From assembly GCA_002189035.1 (NCBI GenBank), contig CM007989.1:4712001-4776000 (forward strand): a stretch of 64,000 nucleotides of DNA, in the 5' to 3' direction. Positions 26,350-39,187 of this stretch are shown here, piece by piece. The stretch comes from Utricularia gibba (taxonomy: Eukaryota > Plantae > Magnoliophyta). The translations under genes were made by a program, and so were the position numbers. Position 1 is the first letter of the stretch; each line of letters starts with the position of its first letter. The notes beneath the pieces are model-generated. The model searched no databases and was not told the origin of the DNA. It worked only from the letters and a program-made list of their open reading frames with translations.

Positions 26350-27120
26350 TCATGACATTGGTGAACATAACAATAATAATGACGGACAAAGATGAGGTAT
26401 TTGCCGCATCGTATTTGGGCGCCCAGCAATTTCTGTTAGAAGTGGGGATAACGCTGGCTCTGTCGCGGCCGGCGCTTGGGGCGCTGCACTCCGGAACTGA
26501 GCTCTCTACTAAAACGGCGTCGCATACGTCATCCCCACCAGGATATTGTACTGTCCCGCTGAATCGGTGACCGCTTACGTGTAAGATAGTTCAGAGGTCT
26601 CGCCCCTTCGGAACTCAACAAACAAATACCGATGAAATTCGAGATATCTCAAATGAAACAACGAGATAAAGCAGACGGAATACAGATTCCAATTCTCGAC
26701 TGCCGCATTCCCAGATCTAACAAAGTTAAGCAATTAACGTAGAAACAAGCGACGGCTTACCGGTGCTGAAACACGTTGTTTTTGTCGTAGTTGCACGTCT
26801 CTGCTTACTTGGCGGTTGTAACCGCTATGACTGTAAATAAAACCCAGCTACTCAAGCTGGGAGAAACACCTTTTTCGTTTTTGAATTTTCAATCCTTCAC
26901 ATCGTTCTCCATTCTTGATTTCGTCTGCTTGAATCCAAGTACCAGATTCCGGTTTGAACTTGGTGCGGTGAGCGTGGAGGCCCGCGTCTCGAAGCCGCAG
27001 CTTTAATAGGGTGTCGCAGTAAACAGATCCTTTGAGCGTTAGGGAATCGCCGGCGTAACGGGCAACGCCAATGGAAGTTACAGCACAGAATGCGAGTAGC
27101 GCAAACAAAATCATCGCCAT
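26350..27120 (-). pseudogene. Pollen Ole e 1 / LAT52-like pseudogene
   Basis: Exon 1 MAMILFALLAFCAVTSIGVARYAGDSLTLKGSVYCDT, then shifted SCGFETRAST; exon 2 ETSELSYT*AVTDSAGQYNILV, shifted DDVCDAVLVESSVPECSAPSAGRDRASVI. In-frame stop, frameshifts and loss of the VRIEC segment. Confidence 0.8.
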
Positions 27121-28613
27121 GGAGTTTGTAGCGAAGCCTGACAAGCGATCACCAGAAGAAGCAGAGAGCAGGTGAAACGAAACCGCCTTCTGGAAATGGA
27201 AATGCCGATTGCCTCGTCGAAATCCGTACACGTAGCGGCCCACCCAGTCTCGCCGCCACCCTGCTTATTGGGCTCAAGTTCAAAGTAATACTGTGGAATA
27301 TCAGCATCAATTTTGCATGTCTACATGAATAACTTAAATAAGGGATTTATACCTAATTCAACATTCATTGGTTCTTTTTTTTGTTCTAACATTTTATCCA
27401 AATTAGGCATTTCTTCTTCATTAATACTATTTTCTTCATCAATATATAGTCATTAAAGATATATGCGTTATCTTGATTCTATTCATAAATGTCGATTGTA
27501 TTAATTTATATTAATTTCAAAAGCATTCAAAGATAAATGTGAAACATATTCTAAAAAATAAGAAAATATTATATGCACACTAAAAGTTTAAAATTGCGCT
27601 AACAAAAATACATTAACGAAAAAATAATAAGGATTTAAAAAAAACAACTAAGATAATCCAAAAAAAATATAACCTATTAATAAACAATTGATGAGTATAA
27701 AACAATCAATACATTAACATATACCTTTGCAACATTTCAACAAAAGATAATGCAATAAAAAAACATAATATATACCATACCAAAAATTAAAAAAAATTAA
27801 TATTTTTTTATTACGCATTCAAGAATTTAAGACGTGTATATTCCACCTGATGTTCACTCCATTTATTATGAAATTATTAATTTATGAATAATTTTGTTTT
27901 GTGACATAACATATTTTTGCATCAATTATTAAGATTTTTTTTACCTATTTATAATATATTTCCTCATTACTTTTTATTGATTTTATACTTTTATATTAAC
28001 TTGATCATTAAGAAGATAAAGTGCTTTTTTTTGTAGAATTTTAGGATATTTTTGAATTAATTTATGAAGAAATCAAGACATAGTAATTTATAAGTTTGAG
28101 AGTACATGGATTTGGATGTAAGAGGAGGTATATCAATAAGATTTGATATAGGATTCAAAGCTCATATGCAGATTTGATGACAATTTTAAAAAATTTGAAT
28201 AGAAGATAAATAGAAGATCTTATATTATCCCATCGCCTAATCTCAACAAAAGATTTAATATCCTCTTCGATAAATAACTCAATTGTTTAACAATTAGAGA
28301 TGTATTTTCACCAATTTTATCTTTTACTTTTTATATTTTCGTGTTAATTTTTATATTGAACTCAATTAAATACACATAGTTGATTGTGATTAAGGATTTG
28401 TGATAAAGTATAGGTTGCGTAAAACCATGTATGATAGTTTTACTATATTTATCGATATTTAATTTGATTTTTTTTAATATTATCTTTATTAATATACTAT
28501 TGATTATCACAAAGCCTAAGAGAATTCGGTAGAATTCTAAATTCATCTGAAGTATTTAAGAATAAGGGATCCATCGAACATAATTATTAAGATATATTCG
28601 ATCGAATATATAT

Positions 28614-30013
28614 TGATAAACCAAAAATTTCCTAATGTCGTTACAAAATTAGAAATTCCATTTCAAATAAATTTATAAACCCTAATTTACACAAAATACA
28701 AATTTAGAAAACTCGTATAGTGGATTTTCAGGATTGATCAAGAGGAGCTTGTGCTTACTAAGTGTTTCAACAGATGCAGAATTCAGAATAATAGTGGATC
28801 TTAGTTTAAACTCAAACTAACAGTAGTAAACAAGTTCAGCAAACAAGATCAGGTCTCAACACTAAAGGTCACAAATATTATTTCTGACTTAGAGTAATAT
28901 TAAGATGTTTTAAGGGTCTGTAGGTGGTGTAGTGCTAAAATATCTAATTTAAATTACTATGTTCCTACACTCACAACTTCAAATAACCTAAATCTACTCA
29001 AGTCATTCATTATATTTTCGACTAAGCTAGTCCTCAATATCATCACCTACATCGTAATTAGGTCTACCCGCATGCAAAGTGTATAGAATTAGGTCTAATC
29101 GATTTTACTAGTTCTACCCCGAACTAACACCTACTGTTCTTGTCTTGATTTGTTAATCTACCTCTAAATCAAGCATCTTAGTTGTAAAGCTACTTGTTCC
29201 CCTCCTTAGATCTACCCATGAAATGATAGAAACAATAGTTAAGAAACAATGATCAATTTTATTATGAATCCTAGATCCACACCATCATGTTTTACCTTAA
29301 GTCATTTCTAAGGTTATACCTACTCATACTTGGAAGGTAAAATATGATAACGTTAACATAAAGCAACAAAAATGTCAAGAACAATCAGGAAAGAGTTGGT
29401 TGCAGAAATTAAAAATGTCAACTAACGAAAGTAAAAAAGTGATTGTTCTGGTTTCCGTCGGCTACTGTTCACAGGCCGGAACAATAGTGCTAGACTAGGT
29501 CTTGATCTTTGTCCTTCACATTGGAGGTTATTCTCCAAAAAATCGCCCTTCTTTTTCCTCCATGGTTCAGTATTCGTTGTTCGGGTTGGAGGGGAACCCC
29601 CCTCATGTGTGTGTAGAAAAGTCTCACACTCCCTTGCGATTCTCTCTACTCTAGTCTTTCTATCGCCTCTCATTTCCCAAAGCAAGTACAATTTGTGATA
29701 GCTCTATTGCTCCTATCCCTGACTTGCAAACTATTGCCGCAACAGTGTACTCATTGCTCCCTACTGCATGTTGACTTGCACGAATCCTTATTTCTTCTAT
29801 GACTTTGGGATTGATGCTAGACTCAAAATCGGGTTAGAACATGGGGTGGGCTAAACCTTTGGACTAAATCAAAGGATTTAATCCACTAAAACACAAAAAT
29901 CACATTTTTGCTAAGTTATATAAAAATATTTAAAATTATAAAATAAATAACTAAATATAATTAAAAACTTGTGATTTTCATATAATAAAAATAGGAAAAT
30001 CTGTGTGCTATCA
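28614..30013 (-). mobile_element. Athila-like LTR, copy D (probable solo LTR)
   Basis: On the minus strand starts TGATAGCACACAGATTTTCC (cf. copy B TGATAACACACGAATTTTCC) and ends GGTTTATCA; flanks TATAT / TGTCT match only 3/5. Confidence 0.8.
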
Positions 30014-31789
30014 TGTCTTCAAAGATATGAATTGTACATATTAAATTGAATGTGGGAAAATATGAGTTATTATATAAAACGAAATGATTTTGATTGAATG
30101 GTTAATTATATAACCACATAATGATAAATAATATTATAATGATTATTGAGTAACATTAGCACTAATTTAAGATAACATTTATAAAACTCATATAATTAAT
30201 CAATTCTTAAGATTTACATAGAAATAGGGGTAAACTTTTGTATGATGGACCCTTAATTCAAAACGTATATTTCATTTTTTTTTTTTCAATTCCATATTTT
30301 GGTTTCAGTATCATTTATTTTTAATTATATTTAAAAAATTAAAAATATCAATTTTATTTGAAAATAATATTTATTTATTATTTCGATGGTTTTTATATAC
30401 TTACAAAATTATCACCAATCTTTTAAAACTAAAATTATTAGAGACAGATATATGTTTGAGCTTGAAAATTTTTGGTTACCAGATCCCATATCCAAATTAA
30501 TATATAATAAATTTGAAATTTGGAGTTCATGTTATGGTGTGATGAGAACTCTTATTATAGATAATTTTAATATAAAAATACCATTAAATTTCCTATTTAT
30601 TTAACAATACCCTAACATCCCAAAAGACACAAAATAAATCATTTTTTCAGGAAAATTAAATTAAGATACGTTTTCCAAATACTATTGTACAGTTAAAAAA
30701 TAAATTAATGTGAATTATAGATAAAAAATCCAAGAACTATTTTATTGGATAAATACCTAGTTTTATTCTAAAAGCTTTAAAAGAGCAACCACTAACTTTT
30801 GAGAAATTTCACTATATATTTTGAATTAAGAAAATTATGGAAGGAGAACAATAATATACCGTAATATCAATACACTAATGTGGATATTGTCAGTAATATT
30901 ATGTAATTTTCATACATAAATGATGTGTTCTAGGGAAAATAAATCATTTTTATAAATTTTATAAATGCTAAATATATAATATTAAAGATTTAAAAATATA
31001 TGTAAATGTTGTTTTAATATTTGATAAGCTTTTGATAAATGTAACATAAGTTATAAATGAAATAAGAAAGATAGGGTATTTGTCTTATTTTTCCCTTAAA
31101 AATAATATATAGGGCATGATGATGGAATTTATTACAAATGCCATTGGGAGTGTAATGTGAGCTTTGTTATTTACTCGGACAATATTGGTACCTTTAGAAT
31201 TATTAGGATTTAGATTATTATGATTAAAATAAATAATGATAGAATGATTTCTTTTTTTATTTTTTTTGTGATCGAGCATCGAATAGATGATTTATAATGA
31301 TTTGGAATTATGTAAGGTTTATATTTGATAGAAATACTTAAAAATGAAAATTTATGAATAAATAACACAATTGTTAAAATATACCCTAACTATATACATT
31401 AAAAAGGTTAAAATTCTCCTAAATCCCACGCATTCCACAATCCATCACTTCCATCAACAACTCTTTGGTGGAAGAGCATTACGGTGGGGAGGAAGTATGT
31501 GACGATGCTGTTTGAACTTTGAGTTTTTTGTATGATTGGGTATACGAATTGTAATGGTTTCTATCACTTTTTTTGTTTGGTGTTCATTCGAGATTCGTTT
31601 GTATGGAGTTGAATACCATTTTTATAGAGGTTTGTGGGTTTATTTTTTTATTGTAATGTTGTCATGTCTGGTGGAATTTTTGTTATACATTAACACTTGT
31701 GTGTGGTGTACTTGTGAATTGGCCTCTTTTTCTAGGTGTTCCACCAATAGTTAAATCACCAAAAAGTACACTTGTGGGAAAGGTAGTGA

Positions 31790-32010
31790 CAACAATATGA
31801 CCAAGCGCCAATGAAGGTTTGATGAAAACCTCTTCTTGATCCATGCATTGAAAAGGGATCTATGAAGTCAGTGGAAAGGAATTTAGCTTCAAACACTCAA
31901 GGATACATTGTAAAACTTCGCCCTGGTTTCAATGTTAGAGGCATACCACATTTATAATCCAAGATTCATAAGTGGAAAAAGTGTTACAATATTTGATTCC
32001 ACGAGCATCA
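31790..32010 (+). mobile_element. Myb/SANT-like ORF1 fragment of a PIF/Harbinger element
   Basis: Broken translation includes PGFNVRGIPHL*SKIHKWKKCY (cf. P...L...PHI.SKI..WKK.Y). Confidence 0.5.
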
Positions 32011-33626
32011 TGTTGTGTACGTGAATAAGCATCTTTGGATTGAATTCAGATAGATATTATTTTTTATGTGATCTGAATAAAAATGTGTAGAATATTCTTA
32101 CAAAAAGTATTATCCCGTAAAATTGAACATTAATACCTTGGTAAATTTTCCCTAGGTATTACATAAGTCAACTACTCACTTTGGTACCAAGGTATTTTCT
32201 CTTGATAAGAATATCGATTTTTTGTTTTATTTAAACGTGTAAAGTCTTGATCCCACATTTTGAATAGGGTTTATGATAGCCCCAATTGTGCATGCGATGG
32301 ATGAAGCTAGTATTGGAACACACAAGAGAGTAACTTAGAATTCTCTGGAAAACAGATGTCCATGAGATGTGGGGGAAGAAGAGAAAAAATCGATAGAAAT
32401 CGTCTCACTCATAGCGATAACGATAGAACAGGAAGGGTTGAAGAAGGAAAAAATTATTTAAAAAATATTAGCACACCAAATGACTTGAGATACCCATGTG
32501 ATATGTGGATGTCTAGAAAGTAGACTGAATGATTTTAATGGTTTTTTTTACTACTAGGATTGATATATGTGTATTAACGGTGGTTGTGATTGAAATATGT
32601 AGTAATAAAGATACATACATCAAGTATATGGGCTTATCAAACATGTTTTGACTCATGGGACATAATCTCATCTTCATAGACCAAGGGTCTCACCTATGGA
32701 GCTTATGTGTTGGTGGAAAACTCTTTTCGTGCAGGTTAATTGGGTTTGCTTTGAATAGACCGCACTCATCCACATTCACAATCCAAGATGTCTATTCAAG
32801 CTCTTGTACCGACCATCCATGGGTTTAGACCCCTTTCACCGGGCTACCGAAATGTGACCTTGGGAATAATCTAGTGGACTGATGCTTCAGCAGATCGTTT
32901 TTGTGATACCTGCCCTGCATACACCAATTGAGTGGACTTCATCTTGTCCATAGTAACCCTATCCCCATCTAAAGACGATATGAAAAGATCTAACAAGAAG
33001 GACAACGAGAGGATGGTTGCGAAAGCAAGGGAGAGAGATGAAATGATACCACTTTTGAACTTGTAGTGAAAGAGTTTTCACGTGTTTAAATGCCTAAACA
33101 TGTCCACCAAATGCCATCTCAATGCATTTGCATAAATATGTGCCAAGTATGATACATTGTGATGCACTCTTTTAACTTCATCATTGTATTGTAATGTTGA
33201 AGTAGTTCCAATAGATTCGATCTGCTTTTGCCGCTTTTTAATTTTTTTCCAACCCATGATCATGATCATCATCATCATTTGCGCAATCGACCTCAGAACG
33301 TGAATGGGGGGGAACATTGGCCCCTCCATTGGGTGCTTTTTAAACGCTAATCCAACCTAAAACATGAAACTAGGGAACAAGCTCAATATTGCAACAGGGG
33401 AGGAACTACCAGTTCTACGATACTAACTGAAACACATACCACAATGAAAGAAAATGGTGGGGAACGAACGGGACAAGGACCCCTTGTTTGTTCCTTTCCT
33501 TTCCTGTCATCAGCTACGTTGAACATAAACAAAACACGGAGAAAGGGAGGAATTTAAAGTTAGGGAACTCGGCTGTAAGCTAAGAGAGATGATAACTCCA
33601 CCCCTTCTACCTCACCTCTCCCCTTT

Positions 33627-34445
33627 TCACTTCTTCCTCTTCTTAGGAGGCTGAAGTTCCTCTTCCTCCTCATCTTCTTCTTCCTCATCCTCGTCCTCGT
33701 CCTCATCCTCATCATCGTCATCCTCCCCAGCATCCTCATCATCGTCGTCGTCATCCTCACCCTCATCCCCACCATCCTCATCATCACCGTCCCCTCACCG
33801 TCATCATCCTCATCAGCCTCACCATTCTCTTCCGCCCCCACTCGCATCGTTCTTCGAGTTGCCTTTGTTACCAAAGGGGGGATTCTCCTCCTCCTCCTCC
33901 TCCTCATCCTCATCATCTTCGTCATCTCCATTCTCATCATCTTCATCGTCGTCGGCATCCACTGGGACAATGGGGTGACCATCGTTATCCCCCTTGGTGT
34001 ACAACCCACTCACAAGTGACTTCACAAACTCCTACAACAAAAAGGTCACGGCCCACCGTTAGGACCACGTAACTGGAAAAGTATTGTAAAGTATATAGTA
34101 GCTTGAAACAAAAGGGCAGTCGCAACGCATCCAACTTGCTACAATTCCCACTTTTTCGAAAAAAAAAAAAAAAACTCTGTTAAATGTCCATATTACCCCT
34201 AAACGTTTTTAAGCACGACGATTCTAGATAACTAAATCAATGGCGGTCATAGGCGGCAACAATAAATACAGAAGTTTTTTTATATTCATTATTTAATGGG
34301 AAAACCTAACCGTCCGTACCTGAGTGAGAACTGCCAGATGGAGTTCCAGGAAAGCCGCTAAGACCAGAGCCACCTCCACGCCGTGAAACGTCGCCAAACT
34401 CCGGCTTGTTGGAGTTAACTCAACGACGCAACTGTTGATCTCCAT
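33627..34445 (-). CDS. Two-exon highly acidic (D/E/G-rich) protein with C-terminal NLS; two compensating frameshifts as written
   Basis: Exon 1 34445-34320 (MEINSCVVEL..LAVLTQ, GT donor), exon 2 34031-33627 (AG acceptor; EFVKSL..DDEDDE..EEELQPPKKRKK*). Segment 33791-33835 is out of frame between two G runs. A probable 5'-UTR intron lies at ~34460-34671. Confidence 0.8.
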
Positions 34446-34977
34446 TGCTGACCGTCGGATCTATCGATATAGCAATTCAAACAAAAAAAAAATCAGTGAA
34501 CAAACAGCGCTGTTCAACTTACGTGAAGAACCGATAGAAAAATTGGACCAGAAGAATAGCGGCACTCAGAATTCTGTAGATCAAGGCAGCAGAAACCAGA
34601 TCCGAGCGTTCACAAGTGGTATGAGAGCAAATCAACAAAGCTTACTAAAAAAGCTCAACGCGGAAACTCACCAAATTTTCAGATCTGACGCCTCTGAGAG
34701 GAGATCCGCAAACCAGTGAGTTCAAAAGGCTCAATCGGAGAGATTTCAGGCAACTTCCATCCTGCACCGTTGGATTAAGAGGGGAAAGTATAGAGATCTG
34801 AGCAACCGGCAAAAATCGTAGAAAGCAGAAGTTAGGAAGGAAAGGCAGGGGGCAGTGTTTCTGGAAGAGAGCTGACCGTGATCTAGTGACAGCAGGTTCG
34901 GGCAGCCCGGGCAGCGTTCTGTTCAAGCGAAGCGACTCATGAAAAATATCGTGCGACTGACGGGTTGTTGGCTTCGC

Positions 34978-35021
34978 TGGGCTTCATTGAATTTGGGCCT
35001 ATGTCGGTAATTAACTGGGCC
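34978..35021. promoter_or_regulatory. Site II (TGGGCY) cluster upstream of the acidic-protein gene
   Basis: TGGGCT at 34978, TGGGCC at 34994 and 35016. Confidence 0.45.
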
Positions 35022-35029
35022 TCCCTTTA

Positions 35030-35325
35030 TTAAAATTTATAGAAATTAATTTAAAATTATTATATTAATTATCATTTCACAATATTTATTCAAAAAAATC
35101 ACATATTGTATGTAATATGAATTAAAATTATCTAAAAACTAAAAATAATTATAATTATAATTATAATATATAAAACCTTATTCTCGAGTTATGTCCTACG
35201 TCCATCGAGATTTGGGGGTTCTAAACCCAATCACCCCATGAATCATCAACATATTGGTCTAAACTTGATATTTTCTAAGGTCGGGTCAGAGCAGCCCACG
35301 GGATTGGGCCAAGATTTTCATCCTT
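35030..35325 (+). mobile_element. 3' half of a hAT-type MITE (same family as 39899-40449)
   Basis: Colinear with 40130-40449 (TTAAAATTATT..CACAATATTTAT..ATCATCAACATATTGG..GATATTTTCTA); ends GGGCCAAGATTTTCATCCT. Confidence 0.6.
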
Positions 35326-36169
35326 GGTTGCAGGGTTGTTTGCAATATAAATGTTTATCGAGTGTTATGCGAAAAGGTGTGCAGACCGTTATTACCTGAG
35401 ACATTGGTAACTAATCCGAGAGGTGCAGAAGAGTCTTTTTTGATGAAATTGATACAAATCATATATTTTCTTAATGTTATCAAATTTTGCTTCACCCAAT
35501 AAAAATCATATGAAATACTGATAAAATAATCAACAAGGCATTATTTTTTATGAAGGAGATACGCAATCTTACCGAGAGAGGGATTCAAAATCATAATAGT
35601 TATCATGAAACCAAAAAATTGATGAGAAACTTGGAAGTAAATCTAGATGTTTGGTTTTGATTTTCAAATCATATAATTGAGGATATACTCTTCTCAATCT
35701 AACAATATTTTGCTCCACACCAAAAATCAATTGAAATATGAAATATCAATTAGATAAAAACATTTTACATAATTAATTTCAAAATTTTAATACCTTTAGA
35801 CTTTCATCCTCTACATGACTAAATATTGGGTCGCAAATCAAATAGCCCTTCAAGATTGTTGCTACAAATCAATTGCCTTTCATGTTTGAATTCGCCAAAT
35901 GTTTTTCTCCAATTTGAAACCCTAAAAGCCACTATACTTGCATGTTCCAAGCTTTCCGTAAATATTTTTCATTCCCTTGCAATCACAATCTTTGATCTAC
36001 TGTGAATGTATTTCGCAAAATTAAGAAAATGATATGCATCCTAAATTAGAGGATGTCTTTCTATATTGTGTAACCTAAGAATTAGAAAAGATTAAGTATA
36101 TAGTAAAATGTTACAAAAATAAAATACAAAATAACTTCATACTCTTTATCAGCATCCTCAACTCGAAAA

Positions 36170-36290
36170 AATGACAAGAAATTTGTAGCTTCAGGAATAA
36201 CATCAATATGGAATTTCTCTACAGGCCCAAGTTTTCCTCCAAGCATGATTCCATCAACAAATAGTACATAGTACTCATGTTAATTTCCTT
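36170..36290 (-). mobile_element. Possible PIF/Harbinger transposase fragment
   Basis: Frameshifted YYL(V)DG..LGP..FHI, cf. KYYLVDAGY..LGPY..YH. Confidence 0.25.
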
Positions 36291-37189
36291 CTTCTCTACT
36301 GCCACAAGTAATTAATAAAATTTTTTTAAATCACATGCAATTTAACACAAAAAAACTGCATAACTTCACACATCCCAACTGGGAAAATTCTTGTTGATTG
36401 CAGTAGATTGTTTACCCTATTAATAAACACATCCTTAAGAGTCAAAGAAGATCGGTCATCGAATAATTCAATAAATTATAAAATTCCTCTAATATATCCC
36501 CATAAAAAATAATTATATAAATAATACAATTACTATAACTATTTCAATTAAATTAAAAATTTACTAAATTAATGAAGATTAATATAGACTAGAGTTGAAC
36601 ATGGATACCTGTTGGCCTAGGTATCCAATGAGTTGACCCATGATGGATCGGAGGTGTATGGGTACGGGTCAACCTGACGGGTCAGCTCAAATGGGCTTGT
36701 AATATAGCCTATCAAAAAAAGTTGGACTACTCAACCGTTGGGCTTCAATCTATTTAATATATATGAATGTTATAAAGACCCAATTCATCACAATATAAAT
36801 ACATGGACTGAAAAATATGTTATTTTTCAAATGTGTGTGCTCCCTTCCCCCCCCCCCCTCCCACTTGAGACTTTTGTGTACTGTTCATTGTGCACTTTGA
36901 AGATTAATTCTGCATTATCGAAGGCTTTCAGACCAAAATTGAAGCTGAATCCTTAGAACCCACTTGCTTTACAGTGTTTGGAGACCTTCCAAAAGGTATG
37001 TGTGCGACTATCTAAAGAGAAATGGAAACATGCGTAAGTCCAGTTAATAGTAACTTATGTAAGGTTTGAAAATGATTTGTTTCTCCCAATTGTGTTTTAG
37101 GTAACCTAATATAGAAGAATCACATCAAAGTGTGACACCTTCACACGAGCAACATCCCGAGTGTGATATTGAGATGTCAGGCAATAGAG

Positions 37190-39000
37190 AAGATGTCACT
37201 TTCACCTCAAAAAACGAGATGTTTTATGTATCAATTGGCATGAACATTTCAACCACGATAAGGAGGCCGAAAAGGTATATTGTAAGTATTGTGGTATCGT
37301 GTATGATCAATTTCCAATTTCATTCACCACATTATAAGTAAGCATATAGACGAGATATGTACTTTATTGAGACAACCTACTTTGAATTTTGTGCATTGCC
37401 ATATTTCGAGCTTTTCATTTGATCTTGATGCTATCCAAATTGATTATGTACTTGCATTGATTGCTAGTGAAAAGCCTTTTGTAGAAGTAGAAAATCCATT
37501 TTTTAGACATTTTTATCAATCTAGATTACAACCTAGATTTGCTCTTATGTTTAGGAGAAAAACAGTTAGAATTGCATTAAAATAATTCGAAGAAAAAAAA
37601 ATCACGTCTGATCTCTGATTTTCAATCTATGAAATGCAATTTTGGTTTAACTTATGACGGTTGACATGGTATTAATGATGAAAATTATTTAGTTGTAACT
37701 GTTTATTGGATTGATTGCCAATGGTTTATACAAAAGAGAATCCTTGGGTTTAGAGCTTTGGATTCTTCACACAAGAGGTCATAAATTGCTGAATTTGTTA
37801 CTTCTATATGTATTGAATATTCAATTGTTGATTATGTATTTAATATAAATCTTAATAATGACTCCAATAATACTGCTAACGTCCATGTTGAAATCATCTA
37901 TGAATTGTGTTTTAATTGGGTGTTTCTTTAAGTCAAGATCCATTTGTCATATTTTGAATTTATATGTACAAGATGCACTAAATGAAAATGATATTGAGGT
38001 TGCTTTGTTTAGTGTGCGTAAGATAGTTTATCATGTGAAGATGTTTAGCACAAAAGGGTACCTTTTAAGCATCTATGTGAGTTAAAAACTCTGTCATTCC
38101 GAACTCTAAAAACAGATTTTCCAACATGATGGAATTCTACGTTTTTCATGTTTCAATCTTTTATTCCTTATAGAGAAGTTGTTTCATTGTTTTTAAGTAC
38201 GCATATTGACCTAAATATTATGATTGATGATAATGTGTATGCTAAATTTGATATATTGGTTGACTTACTTTCAATCTTTCATAAATACATTAGGTTATTT
38301 AATGGTGTTTACTATCCTACCACACATGTTGTGTTGCTTGCTTGGTTGTTATAGCCTCTGCATTTAAAAAATATTTCGAAGTGGAATTGGTCTCTAATAT
38401 TGTAAAATCTATGGTTCATAAATTTTGAGACTATACTTACATTGCTTCTTGTAGCAAACATGCTTGATTTTAGGGTGAAGGCAACTGATTTGCAAACCGG
38501 TTTAAATTTGTTTTGTGATTATTTTACATCCCTTGGACTTTCTAATATTCGGCCAGATGCAAAAAAAATGTATACCTCTGCTTTAGATGCTTTAACATAT
38601 TTGCATGACTTGTATGAGTGTGAAGCGTTCAATACGCGGGTTGGAAGTGAGGAGTTGCATAGAGGGATCTCCTCTTCTGTAGATGATTATTATTCTATGA
38701 TTTCAGTGTCTTCTAGCATGACCACCAAGGCCAACGAGTTGGCATTGTGCAATGCAGCCTACTAGTTCCAAACTGAGGATGATAACTTTGATGTCTTGAA
38801 TTGGTGGAAATCACAAGTTGCAGTGTATCCTATATTGGCACAGGTGATTAGAGATGTGTTGGCACCCCCAATTTCTACCATGGCATCAGAAAACACCTTC
38901 AACTTGAGTGCTAGGATTCTCACTCCGAGAAGGTCTAGCTTGACTGGGGCCACTCTAGAAGCATGTGTTTGTTTAAAGGATTGGATAGCTATAGAGTAGA
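37190..39000 (+). mobile_element. hAT transposase (BED finger, RICESLEEPER/Tam3-like), degenerate
   Basis: CKYC BED remnant, VEVENPFFRHF..LQPRF, SICHILNLYVQD, C-terminal dimerisation domain NWWKSQVAVYPILAQVIRDVLAPPISTMASENTFNLSARILTPRRSSL..EACVCLKDW; many stops. Confidence 0.9.
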
Positions 39001-39187
39001 GGATGCAAGCCTTTGTTGAAGACGACATGAATGATGATGATAGTGGAGAAGAGAGTTCCACATACGAGAATGAGTGACCTTACCATATTATTTATTCATT
39101 TGCTATTTTTTTTTCATATAATAAAGGAAACACAAGTTTTTAACTTCGCCTAAGTCAATCCCAAGCTTGAAATAAGGAGGGGAAACT

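Noticed and set aside
32690-33060. Balanced-GC segment with a partial TGGTATCA on minus
   Set aside because: Only 8 nt of a PBS match and no convincing LTR or domain; left unassigned.
33560-34009. 149-aa Met/Arg-rich ORF
   Set aside because: Off-frame reading of the GAT/GAG acidic repeat.
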